Positions 29,930 through 40,082 of a stretch of DNA of 64,000 nucleotides are shown here, piece by piece. The stretch is from Thermoanaerobaculia bacterium (GTDB taxonomy: Bacteria > Acidobacteriota > Thermoanaerobaculia > UBA5066): positions 288,001 through 352,000 of the forward strand of contig CAVRAY010000001.1 in NCBI GenBank assembly GCA_963719225.1, given 5' to 3'. Position 1 is the stretch's first letter; the number at the start of each line of letters is the position of its first letter. The notes under the pieces were generated by a model. It was not told the DNA's origin. It did no database searches and saw only the letters and a list, made by a program, of their open reading frames with translations. Both the position numbers and the translations under genes were made by a program.

Positions 29930-31672
29930 ATGGAAACCTTTGCTCTCAGATACGAATCCAGGGGTGCGGCGGCCTCCGAAGTGCCCTACCGCGGCACGCG
30001 GCTGCTCCGGCATCCCATGTACACGAAGGGTTCGGCCTTCAACGCGCAGGAACGGAAGGACTTCGGGCTGGAAGGACTCCTGCCGAACGCCGTGAGCTCG
30101 ATGGATCAGCAGGAACGCCGGGTCTACGCGAACATCTCCCGGAAGACCGACCCGCTCGAGAAGTTCATCGGCCTGGCCGCCCTGCAGGACCGCAACGAAC
30201 ACCTCTTTTACCGGCTCCTGATCGACCATGTGGAAGAGTTCCTCCCCATTGTTTACACGCCAACGGTCGGCCGGGCGTGCCAGGAGTTCAGCCACATCTT
30301 CCGGCGGGCCCGCGGACTCTGGATCACGCCCGCGCACCGCGGTCGCATTTACGAGATCCTCGGCAACGCCCCGTTCGACGACGTCCGCCTCATCGTCGTG
30401 ACCGACAACGAGCGCATTCTCGGCCTCGGCGACCAAGGGGCCGGGGGCATGGGGATTCCGATCGGGAAGCTCGCGCTCTACACGACGGCAGCGGGCATCC
30501 ATCCATCGCAGACGCTTCCCATCAGCCTCGACGTCGGCACGGACAATGAAGCGCTCCTCAATGACGAGCTGTACCTCGGCTGGCGGCTTCCGCGCCTGCG
30601 CGGCCCCGAGTACGACTCCCTGGTCGAGGAATTCGTCCAGGCCGTGAAGAAACGTTTCCCGAAGGCGCTCCTGCAGTGGGAGGACTTCAAAAAGGTCAAC
30701 GCGTTCAGGCTGCTCGACCGCTATCGGAAGTCGATCACCTGCTTCAACGACGACATCCAGGGAACCGCGGCCGTCGCCACGGCCGGCATGATGGCCGGCA
30801 GCCGGGCCACGGGGATTCCTCTCAAGGACCAGCGCGTCGTCATCCTGGGGGCGGGCGCCGCGGGAATCGGCATCGCGCGGCTGCTGCGCGACACGTTCCG
30901 GCGAGCGGGGCTCACGGGCGAGGCGCTCACACGCGCCATCGCGAACCTCGACAGCCAGGGGCTCGTCGTCGACGACACGGAGATCAAAGACGTCCACAAA
31001 CGGGACTTCGCGTGGCCTTCGGCCCTGGCGGCGAAGATGGGCCTCAAGAAAGGCTCGCCGCGGGATCTCCTGGCCGTCGTCAGGGCCTTGAAGCCCACGT
31101 TCCTGATCGGCACGTCCGGGGAGCCCGGGACGTTCACGGAAGCGATCGTCCGGGAGATGGCGAAGCACGTCGAGCGCCCCGTCATCTTCCCGATGTCGAA
31201 TCCGACCAGCAAGAGCGAAGCGAAGCCCGCGGACATCGTGGCCTGGACGAACGGCCGCGCTCTCATCGCGACGGGAAGCCCGTTCGACCCGGTGCCCCAT
31301 CAGGGCCGCTTGATCACGATCGGCCAGGGCAACAACGTCTTCATCTTCCCCGGAGTCGGTCTCGGCGCCCTCGTGGCCGAGGCGAAGGAAGTCACCGACG
31401 GAATGTTCGCCGTCGCCGCCCAGAAGCTCGCGGACGAGGTGAAAGAGTCGGACCTCGCGTCCGGGAGCCTCTTCCCCTCTGCAACCGAGATCCGGCGCGT
31501 CAGCCGGTGCATCGCCGAGGCGGTCGTGGCCGAAGCCCGGAACGCGGGCGTCGGGCGGCAGATTCCCGACGCGGAGATCCCGAAGGCCGTCGCCGCCATG
31601 ATCTGGGAGCCGGCCTATCTTCCGATGGTTCCGGTTCCGACGCGCGCGGAGATGCCCGTTCTGGCTCTCTAG
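29930..31672 (+). CDS. maeA: NAD-dependent malic enzyme
   Basis: LPIVYTPTVG, VTDNERILGLGDQG, FNDDIQGT, GAGAAG, MSNPT. Confidence 0.95.
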   Translation: METFALRYESRGAAASEVPYRGTRLLRHPMYTKGSAFNAQERKDFGLEGLLPNAVSSMDQQERRVYANISRKTDPLEKFIGLAALQDRNEHLFYRLLIDHVEEFLPIVYTPTVGRACQEFSHIFRRARGLWITPAHRGRIYEILGNAPFDDVRLIVVTDNERILGLGDQGAGGMGIPIGKLALYTTAAGIHPSQTLPISLDVGTDNEALLNDELYLGWRLPRLRGPEYDSLVEEFVQAVKKRFPKALLQWEDFKKVNAFRLLDRYRKSITCFNDDIQGTAAVATAGMMAGSRATGIPLKDQRVVILGAGAAGIGIARLLRDTFRRAGLTGEALTRAIANLDSQGLVVDDTEIKDVHKRDFAWPSALAAKMGLKKGSPRDLLAVVRALKPTFLIGTSGEPGTFTEAIVREMAKHVERPVIFPMSNPTSKSEAKPADIVAWTNGRALIATGSPFDPVPHQGRLITIGQGNNVFIFPGVGLGALVAEAKEVTDGMFAVAAQKLADEVKESDLASGSLFPSATEIRRVSRCIAEAVVAEARNAGVGRQIPDAEIPKAVAAMIWEPAYLPMVPVPTRAEMPVLAL

Positions 31673-33039
31673 TCCGCCTGCATCGCCCAGCGGAAGATCT
31701 CGGGCAGAGTGGGCTTCTTGCCGTACATGAGGATGCCGACGCGGTAGATGCGCCCGGCGAACCACGCGACGGCGACGATCGTCGCGACGAGGAGCGCGAC
31801 GGACGTTGCGATCTGCCAGAGCGGCGGCGTCTGCACGGAGATGCGCATGAACATCATGAGCGGCGCCGTGAAGGGGAAGAACGACAGCACCGTGGCGAGT
31901 CTTCCGTTCGGCTGGTTGAACGCAAAAAACCACGTCGTGGAGGTGAGCATCAGCATCAAGCCGGGGATCATGACGAACTGCTGCGCCTCCTGCTCCGTGT
32001 TGAAGGGCGCCGAGAGCGCGGCGTAGAGCGAGGAGTAGAGGAAGTACCCGAGCAGGAAGAAGAGGACGAAGGCGCCGATCGTCCGGACGGGAATGTGAGG
32101 CAACCCCTCGCCCATGCCGATCACGGCCGCGGCGCCCGGGAGAGTGATCGCGAGCGCGAGGCACGCCCAGACGGCGTATTGCGTGAGGCCGACGAGGCCG
32201 ATTCCCAGGATCTTTCCGAGCATGAGCGTCGTCGGCTTCACGGAGGAGACGATCACCTCCACGATCCGGTTGTTCTTTTCCTCGAGGACGCCCCGCATGA
32301 TGTAGGCGCCGTAGATGAAGATCGACATGTACATCAGGAAGAAGAACACCCCCGAAATCGCGAGATTCATCCCGACGTTCTTGCCGCTCTCGCCGCTCTC
32401 GATCTCTTTCGCTTCGTGCGCCTCGAGATCCACGCGGATGCGCGCGGCGTCGTACAGCTTCGGGTCGACGCCCCGGTCCTTGAGGCGTTCTTTGGTCGCC
32501 GCGCGGGAGACGTAGCTCGCGATCTGCTCGCGCATGACGACTTCGGCCTTGACGGACTGCGCACGCCATTCGGCGGCGCCCGTCTCGAGCGTCTGCGGCG
32601 TCAGGACGATGTACGCCTTGATGCGCTCCTTCTGGACGTCCTCGTTGAGCTTCGTACGCACGGCCGGAAGCGTCTCGGGCGTCGCGTCGACCTTGAAGAG
32701 GTCGAGCTGCGTCGTGAGCTTCGGCTTCTGAGCCTGGGTCGCCTTCTCGAGAGTCTCGGCGTCCCGAAGTCTCTCTTTCTTCTTCGCGTCGGTCTTCTTC
32801 GACTCGTCCTCGTCTCCGGGCCGCGCGCGGTATTCGGCGACGATCCCGTCGTAGAGACGCCCGGAGAGATCCACGACGCCGATGCGGCCCTTCGCGACGA
32901 GCGTCCTCGAGAGCGCGACCTGGATGAAGATGAAGGCGAGGCCGAGGGACGGAATCAGGAACGTCGCGATCCAGAACGCCTTCGTCCGGACCTGCTGGAG
33001 ATACTCGCGCCTGATGATCGCGAAAAGCTTGGAGTCCAT
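31669..33039 (-). CDS. ABC-2 type exporter permease (NatB/YhaP-like)
   Basis: RREY..VRTK.F, GVLEEKNNRIVE, IYRVGILMYGKKP. Confidence 0.92.
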   Translation of the reverse strand: MDSKLFAIIRREYLQQVRTKAFWIATFLIPSLGLAFIFIQVALSRTLVAKGRIGVVDLSGRLYDGIVAEYRARPGDEDESKKTDAKKKERLRDAETLEKATQAQKPKLTTQLDLFKVDATPETLPAVRTKLNEDVQKERIKAYIVLTPQTLETGAAEWRAQSVKAEVVMREQIASYVSRAATKERLKDRGVDPKLYDAARIRVDLEAHEAKEIESGESGKNVGMNLAISGVFFFLMYMSIFIYGAYIMRGVLEEKNNRIVEVIVSSVKPTTLMLGKILGIGLVGLTQYAVWACLALAITLPGAAAVIGMGEGLPHIPVRTIGAFVLFFLLGYFLYSSLYAALSAPFNTEQEAQQFVMIPGLMLMLTSTTWFFAFNQPNGRLATVLSFFPFTAPLMMFMRISVQTPPLWQIATSVALLVATIVAVAWFAGRIYRVGILMYGKKPTLPEIFRWAMQAD

Positions 33040-33041
33040 GG

Positions 33042-33827
33042 CTATTTCAGCTCCTCGGCGGTCGGCGCCTCGAGGCCCGACTCCTGAACGCATTTGATGA
33101 AGATCTTCTCCAGCTCGGGCTCGGGCTCGACGGGCGGCGGCAGCGGCACCCTCCCGAGATAGGCATGCTTTATCTCCTTCACGGTGCCGCCGAGGATCTT
33201 CTTCGCCCGATAGAGGAGCGCGATGCTCTCGCAAAGGCGCTCGGCCTGCTCGAGGACGTGCGTCGAGAAGACGACCGTCTTTCCGCTCCGCTTGAAAGCG
33301 GTCAGGAAGTCCTTCACGAGGACGACGTTGATCGGGTCGAGGCCGGAGAACGGCTCGTCCAGGATCAGGATTTCCGGGTCGTGCACGATCGTGCCGAGGA
33401 ACTGCACCTTCTGCTGCATGCCCTTGCTCAGCTCCTCGGTCTTCTTCTGGAGCCAGGGCCTCAGGTCCATCGAGTCGATCCACGGCGAGAGGCGCCTCAT
33501 CGCGTCCTGGCGGCCCACGCCTTTGATCGTCGCGAAGAACAGGAGCTGGTCGACGACCTTCATCTTGCGGTAGAGCCCGCGCTCCTCGGGCAGGTATCCG
33601 ATGCGCTCCTGCAGCTTGTCGTTCATCTTCTCGCCGAGGACGCGGATCTCGCCCGCATCAGGTTTCGTGATGTTCATGATCATCCGGATCGTCGTCGTCT
33701 TCCCGGCGCCGTTCGGGCCGAGGAGTCCGAACGTCGTCCCGTGCGGAACCTCCAGATCGAGGCCGTCGACGGCCGCGAACTTCCCGAAACGCTTCACGAC
33801 ACCGTGGAGAGAGATCGCGGCCGTCAT
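33042..33827 (-). CDS. ABC transporter ATP-binding protein
   Basis: GPNGAGKTT, LSKGMQQK, ILDEPFSGLD. Confidence 0.95.
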   Translation of the reverse strand: MTAAISLHGVVKRFGKFAAVDGLDLEVPHGTTFGLLGPNGAGKTTTIRMIMNITKPDAGEIRVLGEKMNDKLQERIGYLPEERGLYRKMKVVDQLLFFATIKGVGRQDAMRRLSPWIDSMDLRPWLQKKTEELSKGMQQKVQFLGTIVHDPEILILDEPFSGLDPINVVLVKDFLTAFKRSGKTVVFSTHVLEQAERLCESIALLYRAKKILGGTVKEIKHAYLGRVPLPPPVEPEPELEKIFIKCVQESGLEAPTAEELK

Positions 33828-33984
33828 GCGGGTGTTCCTCCTCGAGGTTCCGGGACGATATACGAGGCGGGTGGGGATGAAGTTTAGGAGGCCAGGGACG
33901 AGCGTCCCCCATGCGCCTCCAGCGCAGGGACTTGCGCCGTCCGCCCCCTTCCGCTAGTGTCCCCTTTCCGCGCGGTTCTCGCGT

Positions 33985-34062
33985 GCGCCCATAGCTCAAC
34001 TGGATCAGAGCGTTTGACTACGGATCAAAAGGTTGGGGGTTCGAGTCCTCCTGGGCGCACCA
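33985..34062 (+). tRNA. tRNA-Arg (ACG)
   Basis: Cloverleaf; TTTGA-CTACGGA-TCAAA; CCA end; TTGCGC-N17-TAGTGT promoter upstream. Confidence 0.96.
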
Positions 34063-34208
34063 ATCGCAATCCAAGACTGGTCGAGATCGAACCGGTGGGG
34101 GGCGCCCGGGGTTGCCATGGGCCATCCGGCCCGCTGGAGCAGCGTTAGTTCACGGACCCGGCGATATGATCCCGGCGCAATCGCGCGTTTTCGGAGCGAT
34201 CGACGAAC

Positions 34209-37200
34209 GTGATTGTGTTTGCCAGGCTGCGCGTCGTTCCTGCCCGCCGGACAGTCCATGTCTGCGCTTTCGCGGGCCTCGCTTTTCTCGTGGGCGTTGC
34301 ACGCGCCGACGTCGACGTCTGGAGCAGCGTCGGGCCGGACGGAGGGAACGTGTTCGCCCTCGCGATCGATCCGCACGCGCCGGCGACGATCTACGCGGGC
34401 ACCGGCGGCGGAGCCCACAGGTTCAACAGCGCCGGCGGGGGCGGCGTCTTCAAGACCACGAACGGCGGGGCGAGCTGGGCCGGCGCCGGTACCGGCTTGC
34501 CGGGAGATGCCGTTCTTTCTCTCGCGATCGATCCGTTCACGAGCACGACCGTGTATGCGGGTACCAGAAGCCGCGGAGTCTGGAAGAGCACCGACGGCGG
34601 GACGAGCTGGACGGCGGCCGGCCTGACGGGAAGCAGGGTCTGGACCCTTGCGATCGACCCCGTGACGTCGTCCACACTCTATGCGGGCACGGCCAGCGGT
34701 GTCTTCAAGAGTACCGACGGCGCGGCGACCTGGACGGCCGCGACGAGCGGCATCGGAGCGCAGCAGGTCTTCGCCCTGGCAATCAACCCCGTCTCGCCCT
34801 CGATTCTCTATGCGGGCACGAGGGACAACGGCGTCTTTCGGACCTCTGATGGCGCCGCGACGTGGACGGCGGCCTCGATCGGCCTGACGGGGGCGGCGAA
34901 GAACGTCACCACGATCGCGATCGACCCGAAGACGCCCTCGACTCTCTACGCCGGGACGAACGGGAGCGGCGTCTTCAAGAGCACCGACGGCGCGGCGACC
35001 TGGAACGCGGCCGCCTTCAAGGGATTCAGCTTCGCCCTGGCCATCGATCCCGTCACGCCGACCACGGTCTATGCCTGCGCCAACGCCGTGCAGGTCGCGA
35101 AGAGCCTCGACGGGGGCGCGACCCTGAACAGGGTGACCGGCGGCATGCCGAACCCGACCATCAACGCCCTCGCGGTCGACCCGGTGACGCCCTCGACCGT
35201 CTACATCGGCGCGTCGACCGGCTTCTTCAAGAGCACGAACTCCGGCGTGACGGCGAGTATTTCAAATGCGGGCCTGACGGCGCACAAGATTTTCTCGCTC
35301 GCCGTCGATCCGAACCTGCCCGCGACCCTCTATGCGGGCACGGACGTCGGCCTTTACAAGAGCACGAACTCCGGCACGTCCTGGACCCTCGTCGCGTGGA
35401 ATCCGGGCGCGGCGAACGTCTACGCGCTCGCGATCCTGCCTGACTCGAGCATCCTCGCGGGGACGGATGCAGGCGGATGGCGGAGCACCGACGGAGGCGC
35501 GACCTGGACGTCCCTCGTCGGCGTGGGTGTGGCGTTCGCGTGGGCGGTGGACCCCGGATCGCCGATGACCGTCTATGCCGCCGGGGGGGTCGGCACGCCC
35601 GCAGCCCCCACTCCCCCGACGCAAGGAATCGCGTGGAAGAGCACCGACGGAGGCGCGACGTGGGCGACCTATGGTGACTCGAACGCCCCCCTGCCCCTCT
35701 TCGAGAGTGTTGTGGTCCCCGCGCCGGGGGCGACCGCGGCCGTCGGGACGGACTCCGGCGTCTACGGGATCTTCATCCACGGAGGGGGCCGATACGAGTG
35801 GGTCACGAACAACGCGCTGGCCGGCAAGATCGTCTACGCGCTGGCCGTGGACCCCGCCTCCTCCTCGACGCTGTGGGCCGGCACCAACGCCGGGCTGTAT
35901 CGCTCGACGGACGGCGGCGTGGGCTGGGCGCCGGTCACGAACGGCCTGCCCACGGCGACGATCACGGCCCTGAAGTTCGATCCCGTCTCGCCCTCGACGC
36001 TCTACGCGGCCACTTTCGTCGGACTCTTCAGGAGCACGGACCGCGGGGCCAGATGGACGCCGCTGAACGCGGGCCTCACGAACACCTTCGTGAACGCCTT
36101 CGCGATCGCACCGGGCTCGGCAACGCTCTACGTCGGCACTTTCGGACAGGGTGTGTACCGCTTCCCGACCCCGCCTCCGGTGGCGGACTTCACGTGGGCC
36201 GGGATTCCGATCGCCGGCCGGCCCTTCGACTTCACGGACCTTTCGAGCGGAAACCCGACGTCCTGGGCCTGGGACTTCGGCGACGGCGGCGCCTCGACGG
36301 CGCCGTACCCGACGCACACGTTCGCCGCCGCGGGCGCGTACCCGGTCTCGCTGACGGTGACGAACGCCGCCGGCCCGAACACCAAGACGCAGACGGTCAC
36401 GGTCGCGCCGGCGATCACGGGCAGCACGGTCACGAAGGTCGTCCCCATCGTCCTCGACGTCGCGGGTGTCGGCGGCGCGCGGTTCTCCTCCGAGCTGACG
36501 CTCACGAACCGGGGCACGACGGCCGCGACGCTCCAGATCACGTACGTCGCCGCGACGTCGCTCGGCGCCTCCGGAAGCGGGACCGTTGGCGAGACGCTCG
36601 GACCGGGACGGCAGATCATCATCCCGGACACGCTGGCGTACCTTCGCGGGAAAGGGCTCGCGATCCCGACGGGCTCGAACCAGGGGGGCGAGCTCTTCGT
36701 CACGTTCGAGGGGCTCTCGTCCGATACAGTCGCCTTCGCGGGCGCGCGCACGACGGCGCCGTCCGCGGGCGGCCGGGCCGGTCTCGCGTATCCCGGCGTC
36801 CGGCTCGACGACGGCTTCACCGGGCTCGTCTACCTGTTCGGCCTCCGCGAGAACGCCGCCGACCGGAGCAACCTCGCTCTCGTGAACATGAACGCGGCGG
36901 TCCCGAACACGCTCCGGGTGACTCTCTACGCGGGCGCCGACGGACGCTCGACCGTCCTTCCGAACGTCGTGCTCGGGCCGGGCCAGTGGACGCAGATCGG
37001 CCGCGTCCTCTCGGGGCCCGGTTACGACAGCGGCTGGGCGACCATCGAGCTTCTCTCGGGACCGGGACCCTTCTACGCGTATGCCGTCTTCAACGACAAC
37101 GTCACGTCGGACGGTTCCTTCGTTCCTCCGATGCCGCTCAGTCCGGGGAATCCCCAGACCCTGTCGGTGCTCGTGGAGACGGGGACGTTCCAGAGCGAGC

Positions 37201-37880
37201 TCGTCCTCGGAAGCCCGTACTTCGAGCCGATCACCGTCACGATGACGTACGTCGAGTCGCTGAGCCCCGCGGGCGGTGCGGGCGGCGTCGCCGTGGAGAC
37301 TCTCCAACCACACGAGCAGAAGATCATCCCCAACGCCCTCGACTACCTGCGCGGGAAAGGCGTCGCGATAGGACCAAAGGGGTCGGCTTCCTACGCGGGC
37401 GCGCTGCAGATCAGCGCTCTGCGCAACGGCAATCTCGCGTGGCTCTTCGTCGGGGCACGGACGGGAGCGCCAGCCGCTGGCGGCGGCCAGTTCGGCCTCT
37501 TCTACCGCGCGACACAGGTGTCCGAGGCCGCCTCCGGCCAGGCCTGGGTCTTCGGCCTCCAGCAGAACGCGGCGAACCGCTCGAACCTCGCCGTCGTGAA
37601 TTTCGCGAACGTCGCGGTGACCGACGGATACCGTGTCGACGTCTACGATGGGGATACGGGAAAGCTGGCCGGCAGCACGGCAGTGCAGAACCTGCCCGCC
37701 GGCGGGTGGTATCAGTTCTCGCCTATCCTCACGGCCTTCGGCGTCGCGAACGGCTACATCCACGTCGTGCGGACATCGGGCTCGAGCGCGCTCTACGCGT
37801 ACGGCGTGGTCAACGACGGCGCCACGTCGGGCAGCGGTGCGACGAACGACGGAAGCTTCGTTGTGTTCTCCAACCGCTAA
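34209..37880 (+). CDS. Large secreted BNR/Asp-box beta-propeller + PKD protein with duplicated C-terminal module
   Basis: Many S-T-D-G-G-x-T-W Asp-boxes; WDFGDG PKD motif; two copies of an SEL.L..RSNLA.VN..ND..DGSFV module; start uncertain. Confidence 0.88.
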   Translation: MIVFARLRVVPARRTVHVCAFAGLAFLVGVARADVDVWSSVGPDGGNVFALAIDPHAPATIYAGTGGGAHRFNSAGGGGVFKTTNGGASWAGAGTGLPGDAVLSLAIDPFTSTTVYAGTRSRGVWKSTDGGTSWTAAGLTGSRVWTLAIDPVTSSTLYAGTASGVFKSTDGAATWTAATSGIGAQQVFALAINPVSPSILYAGTRDNGVFRTSDGAATWTAASIGLTGAAKNVTTIAIDPKTPSTLYAGTNGSGVFKSTDGAATWNAAAFKGFSFALAIDPVTPTTVYACANAVQVAKSLDGGATLNRVTGGMPNPTINALAVDPVTPSTVYIGASTGFFKSTNSGVTASISNAGLTAHKIFSLAVDPNLPATLYAGTDVGLYKSTNSGTSWTLVAWNPGAANVYALAILPDSSILAGTDAGGWRSTDGGATWTSLVGVGVAFAWAVDPGSPMTVYAAGGVGTPAAPTPPTQGIAWKSTDGGATWATYGDSNAPLPLFESVVVPAPGATAAVGTDSGVYGIFIHGGGRYEWVTNNALAGKIVYALAVDPASSSTLWAGTNAGLYRSTDGGVGWAPVTNGLPTATITALKFDPVSPSTLYAATFVGLFRSTDRGARWTPLNAGLTNTFVNAFAIAPGSATLYVGTFGQGVYRFPTPPPVADFTWAGIPIAGRPFDFTDLSSGNPTSWAWDFGDGGASTAPYPTHTFAAAGAYPVSLTVTNAAGPNTKTQTVTVAPAITGSTVTKVVPIVLDVAGVGGARFSSELTLTNRGTTAATLQITYVAATSLGASGSGTVGETLGPGRQIIIPDTLAYLRGKGLAIPTGSNQGGELFVTFEGLSSDTVAFAGARTTAPSAGGRAGLAYPGVRLDDGFTGLVYLFGLRENAADRSNLALVNMNAAVPNTLRVTLYAGADGRSTVLPNVVLGPGQWTQIGRVLSGPGYDSGWATIELLSGPGPFYAYAVFNDNVTSDGSFVPPMPLSPGNPQTLSVLVETGTFQSELVLGSPYFEPITVTMTYVESLSPAGGAGGVAVETLQPHEQKIIPNALDYLRGKGVAIGPKGSASYAGALQISALRNGNLAWLFVGARTGAPAAGGGQFGLFYRATQVSEAASGQAWVFGLQQNAANRSNLAVVNFANVAVTDGYRVDVYDGDTGKLAGSTAVQNLPAGGWYQFSPILTAFGVANGYIHVVRTSGSSALYAYGVVNDGATSGSGATNDGSFVVFSNR

Positions 37881-37913
37881 GAACGCGGTTGGGGCCACGC
37901 CCTACAATGAATC

Positions 37914-38669
37914 GTGTTCGACAGGCATTTCGAGGCGTTCCTCGCGGATACGGAGCCGGCTCGGGAGACGCACTACCGAATCCGCTACCAGGTCTACTGC
38001 CGGGATACCGGCTGGGAACCTGCCGAGAAGTTCCCCGACCAGATGGAGCGCGACGAATACGACGCGTCTTCCATGCCCTTTCTCGTGCGCCGGCGTTCCT
38101 CGAAGGGCTGGATCGCCACGATGCGTCTCATCCGGAAGCCTCTCGAAGCGCTGCCGATCTCGTGTTTCACGAATCTCCGCCCAGGCCGCCTTCCCGCCTC
38201 GGCGGGGGGCCGGACGGTCGAGCTCTCGCGCCTCGCGGTGGTCAAGAAATACCGCCGCCCTACTCTCCAACGCATCAGCGGCGAGAGGGCGGAGCCGCAG
38301 CCGCCCCGGGATTTCGACGATTCGTTCCTGGCCAGCGGATACCGCAGGAGCGAATCGTGGATCTTCATGGGCCTCGTCCGCGCCAGCTGGCAGTGGAGCA
38401 TCCAGAATGACGTCGGCTACTGGCTCTGCTTCATGGCGGACGCCCTCGCCCGCATCGTGCGGCGATCCGGGTTCTCGGTCGAGCCGGTAGGCGACGAGGT
38501 GGAGCACCGGGGACTCAGGCGGCCGTACCTCTTCGAGATCCCGCGCGGCTCGCCGCCCGTGAACCGCGACGTCCCGGAGGTCTATGCAATGTTTCAGGAG
38601 TTGCCGGCGTACCGCAAATTCTCCGACCTGAGCCTTCAGTCCAGGGGCGTGCGACGCGGCCCACGATGA
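37914..38669 (+). CDS. GNAT-fold acyltransferase (PEP-CTERM/exosortase-associated, FeeM/LuxI-like fold)
   Basis: IRYQVYC...E.DEYD, ELSRLAV, VEHRGLRRPY. Confidence 0.8.
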   Translation: MFDRHFEAFLADTEPARETHYRIRYQVYCRDTGWEPAEKFPDQMERDEYDASSMPFLVRRRSSKGWIATMRLIRKPLEALPISCFTNLRPGRLPASAGGRTVELSRLAVVKKYRRPTLQRISGERAEPQPPRDFDDSFLASGYRRSESWIFMGLVRASWQWSIQNDVGYWLCFMADALARIVRRSGFSVEPVGDEVEHRGLRRPYLFEIPRGSPPVNRDVPEVYAMFQELPAYRKFSDLSLQSRGVRRGPR

Positions 38670-38792
38670 CGGGACTGAGATCCTCCGGGCCGAGCTCGAG
38701 CGCGTCCTCGCCCCGGGTCGCGTCCTCGCGGACCGGCCGCTACATCGGCGACGTCTCCGAACCATGCCCGCCGGCAACCGAGCGGGTGCGCG

Positions 38793-39059
38793 TCAGCCCC
38801 CGAGCTTCAACCTCGGGATCGATCCGGAGATCCGCGCGCGAAGGCTGTTCCAGCGCGCTTCCGAGATCTCGATCGTCGGCTCGGAAAGCAGCTTCCCCAG
38901 CCCGAACGGCAGCTTCTTGAGCTTGCTCTCGTGCGCAGCCTCGGCCTGCACGGCCTCGAAGAACTCCGCGTCCTCGCGGCGCAGGAACGCGCGCTCTTTT
39001 TTCTCCGGGTAAACGAGCTCGAAGATCGAGGCGTTGAATCTCGAGATCTCGACCTTCAC
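38793..39059 (-). CDS. Hypothetical protein
   Basis: AAAGGAG RBS before GTG; coding-like codon bias. Confidence 0.65.
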   Translation of the reverse strand: MKVEISRFNASIFELVYPEKKERAFLRREDAEFFEAVQAEAAHESKLKKLPFGLGKLLSEPTIEISEARWNSLRARISGSIPRLKLGG

Positions 39060-39105
39060 GGGCGCGCTCCTTTAGGGGTCGACGTCGAGAGTCGACGGCG
39101 CATGC

Positions 39106-40011
39106 TCATCTTCGGCGGACGCGCGTGGGGTCTTCCGGGTTGACGAGCTTTTCCGGCGGCGTCTTGACGTCGACTTCGTGGAACGAAGAGATCCTCCACT
39201 CGCTTCCGGTCTTGATCATCACCTGGAGGAGCCGCGCGCGGATGACTTTCTCGGCGTCGAGGAAGACCGCGGGGGGTGCCTTGTGGAAACGCGACACCTC
39301 GGCGTCGATCTCCACGAGCGCGACGTCCGGCCTGAGAAGACGGATCCTCCTCACCTTGAGGGCGAGAAGGCCGCCCTTGAAGTAAGACGTGAAGAGCTCC
39401 GACTGGCGGCGCTCGATCTCCGTTCGACCGTGCGAGACCGCGCCGAGGAGGTCCGTGAACGTGCCTTCATCCTCGAACCGCGCCGCGAAGGCTTTCGCGT
39501 CGGCGCGATTCCAGGCGTCTTCCTCCGCGTCGACGGTCTTCCGGATCAGCGGCTCTTCGGCGGCCGCGACGGCGTCCGGCTGAAGAGTGCCCGGGGGGAA
39601 CATCGCGGGCTTTCCTTCCGGCAGCGCGGCGGCGCCCGGCGGCGTCGCCGCGACGGCCGGAGCGCTTCCGCCCGCCGGCGGCTCGTATTCGGAAGAGAGG
39701 ATCCTGCCGTCGCCGGCGTCGACCGTGATTTCCTGAACCCCTCCCTTGCTCGCGAAGCGGAGATCGAACGGCCACGCGAGACACCCGTTCACGACCTCCA
39801 CGCCGGAGGACATCACCGACGTCACCCTTTCCGGCGCGACGGACGCGATCGCGCGAGCCTCGGCGTCCTTCGGGGACAACCTCGCCATGCGCGCGAGGTC
39901 CTCCTGAGAGGTCCCGCGGGGCGGCCGGATGGTGCAGTCCGGCTTCTGGGCGACGGCCGAGGCAGCGGCGAGAAGGAGGAATGTGACGGCGGCGTAGGAA
40001 CGCGGGCCCAT
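39106..40011 (-). CDS. Secreted PepSY-like + SnoaL/NTF2-like (SgcJ/EcaC) fusion protein
   Basis: Signal peptide; E..VDAGDG.IL (PepSY); AWNRADA..FA..F, GR.EI, W.I..FH (NTF2-like). Confidence 0.75.
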   Translation of the reverse strand: MGPRSYAAVTFLLLAAASAVAQKPDCTIRPPRGTSQEDLARMARLSPKDAEARAIASVAPERVTSVMSSGVEVVNGCLAWPFDLRFASKGGVQEITVDAGDGRILSSEYEPPAGGSAPAVAATPPGAAALPEGKPAMFPPGTLQPDAVAAAEEPLIRKTVDAEEDAWNRADAKAFAARFEDEGTFTDLLGAVSHGRTEIERRQSELFTSYFKGGLLALKVRRIRLLRPDVALVEIDAEVSRFHKAPPAVFLDAEKVIRARLLQVMIKTGSEWRISSFHEVDVKTPPEKLVNPEDPTRVRRR

Positions 40012-40044
40012 GGAGGCTCCTCGCGGCATTATGAGCGCGATTCG

Positions 40045-40060
40045 CGGCACACGCCTTGCG
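40045..40060 (+). promoter_or_regulatory. Sigma-54 -24/-12 promoter candidate
   Basis: CGGCACACGCCTTGCG, GG-N10-GC spacing. Confidence 0.55.
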
Positions 40061-40082
40061 GCAAAACCCGCTGGAGGCGCCC

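Noticed and set aside
37914-38669. LuxI quorum-sensing synthase
   Set aside because: Motifs fit the exosortase-associated/FeeM-like GNAT group better, and there is no adjacent LuxR.
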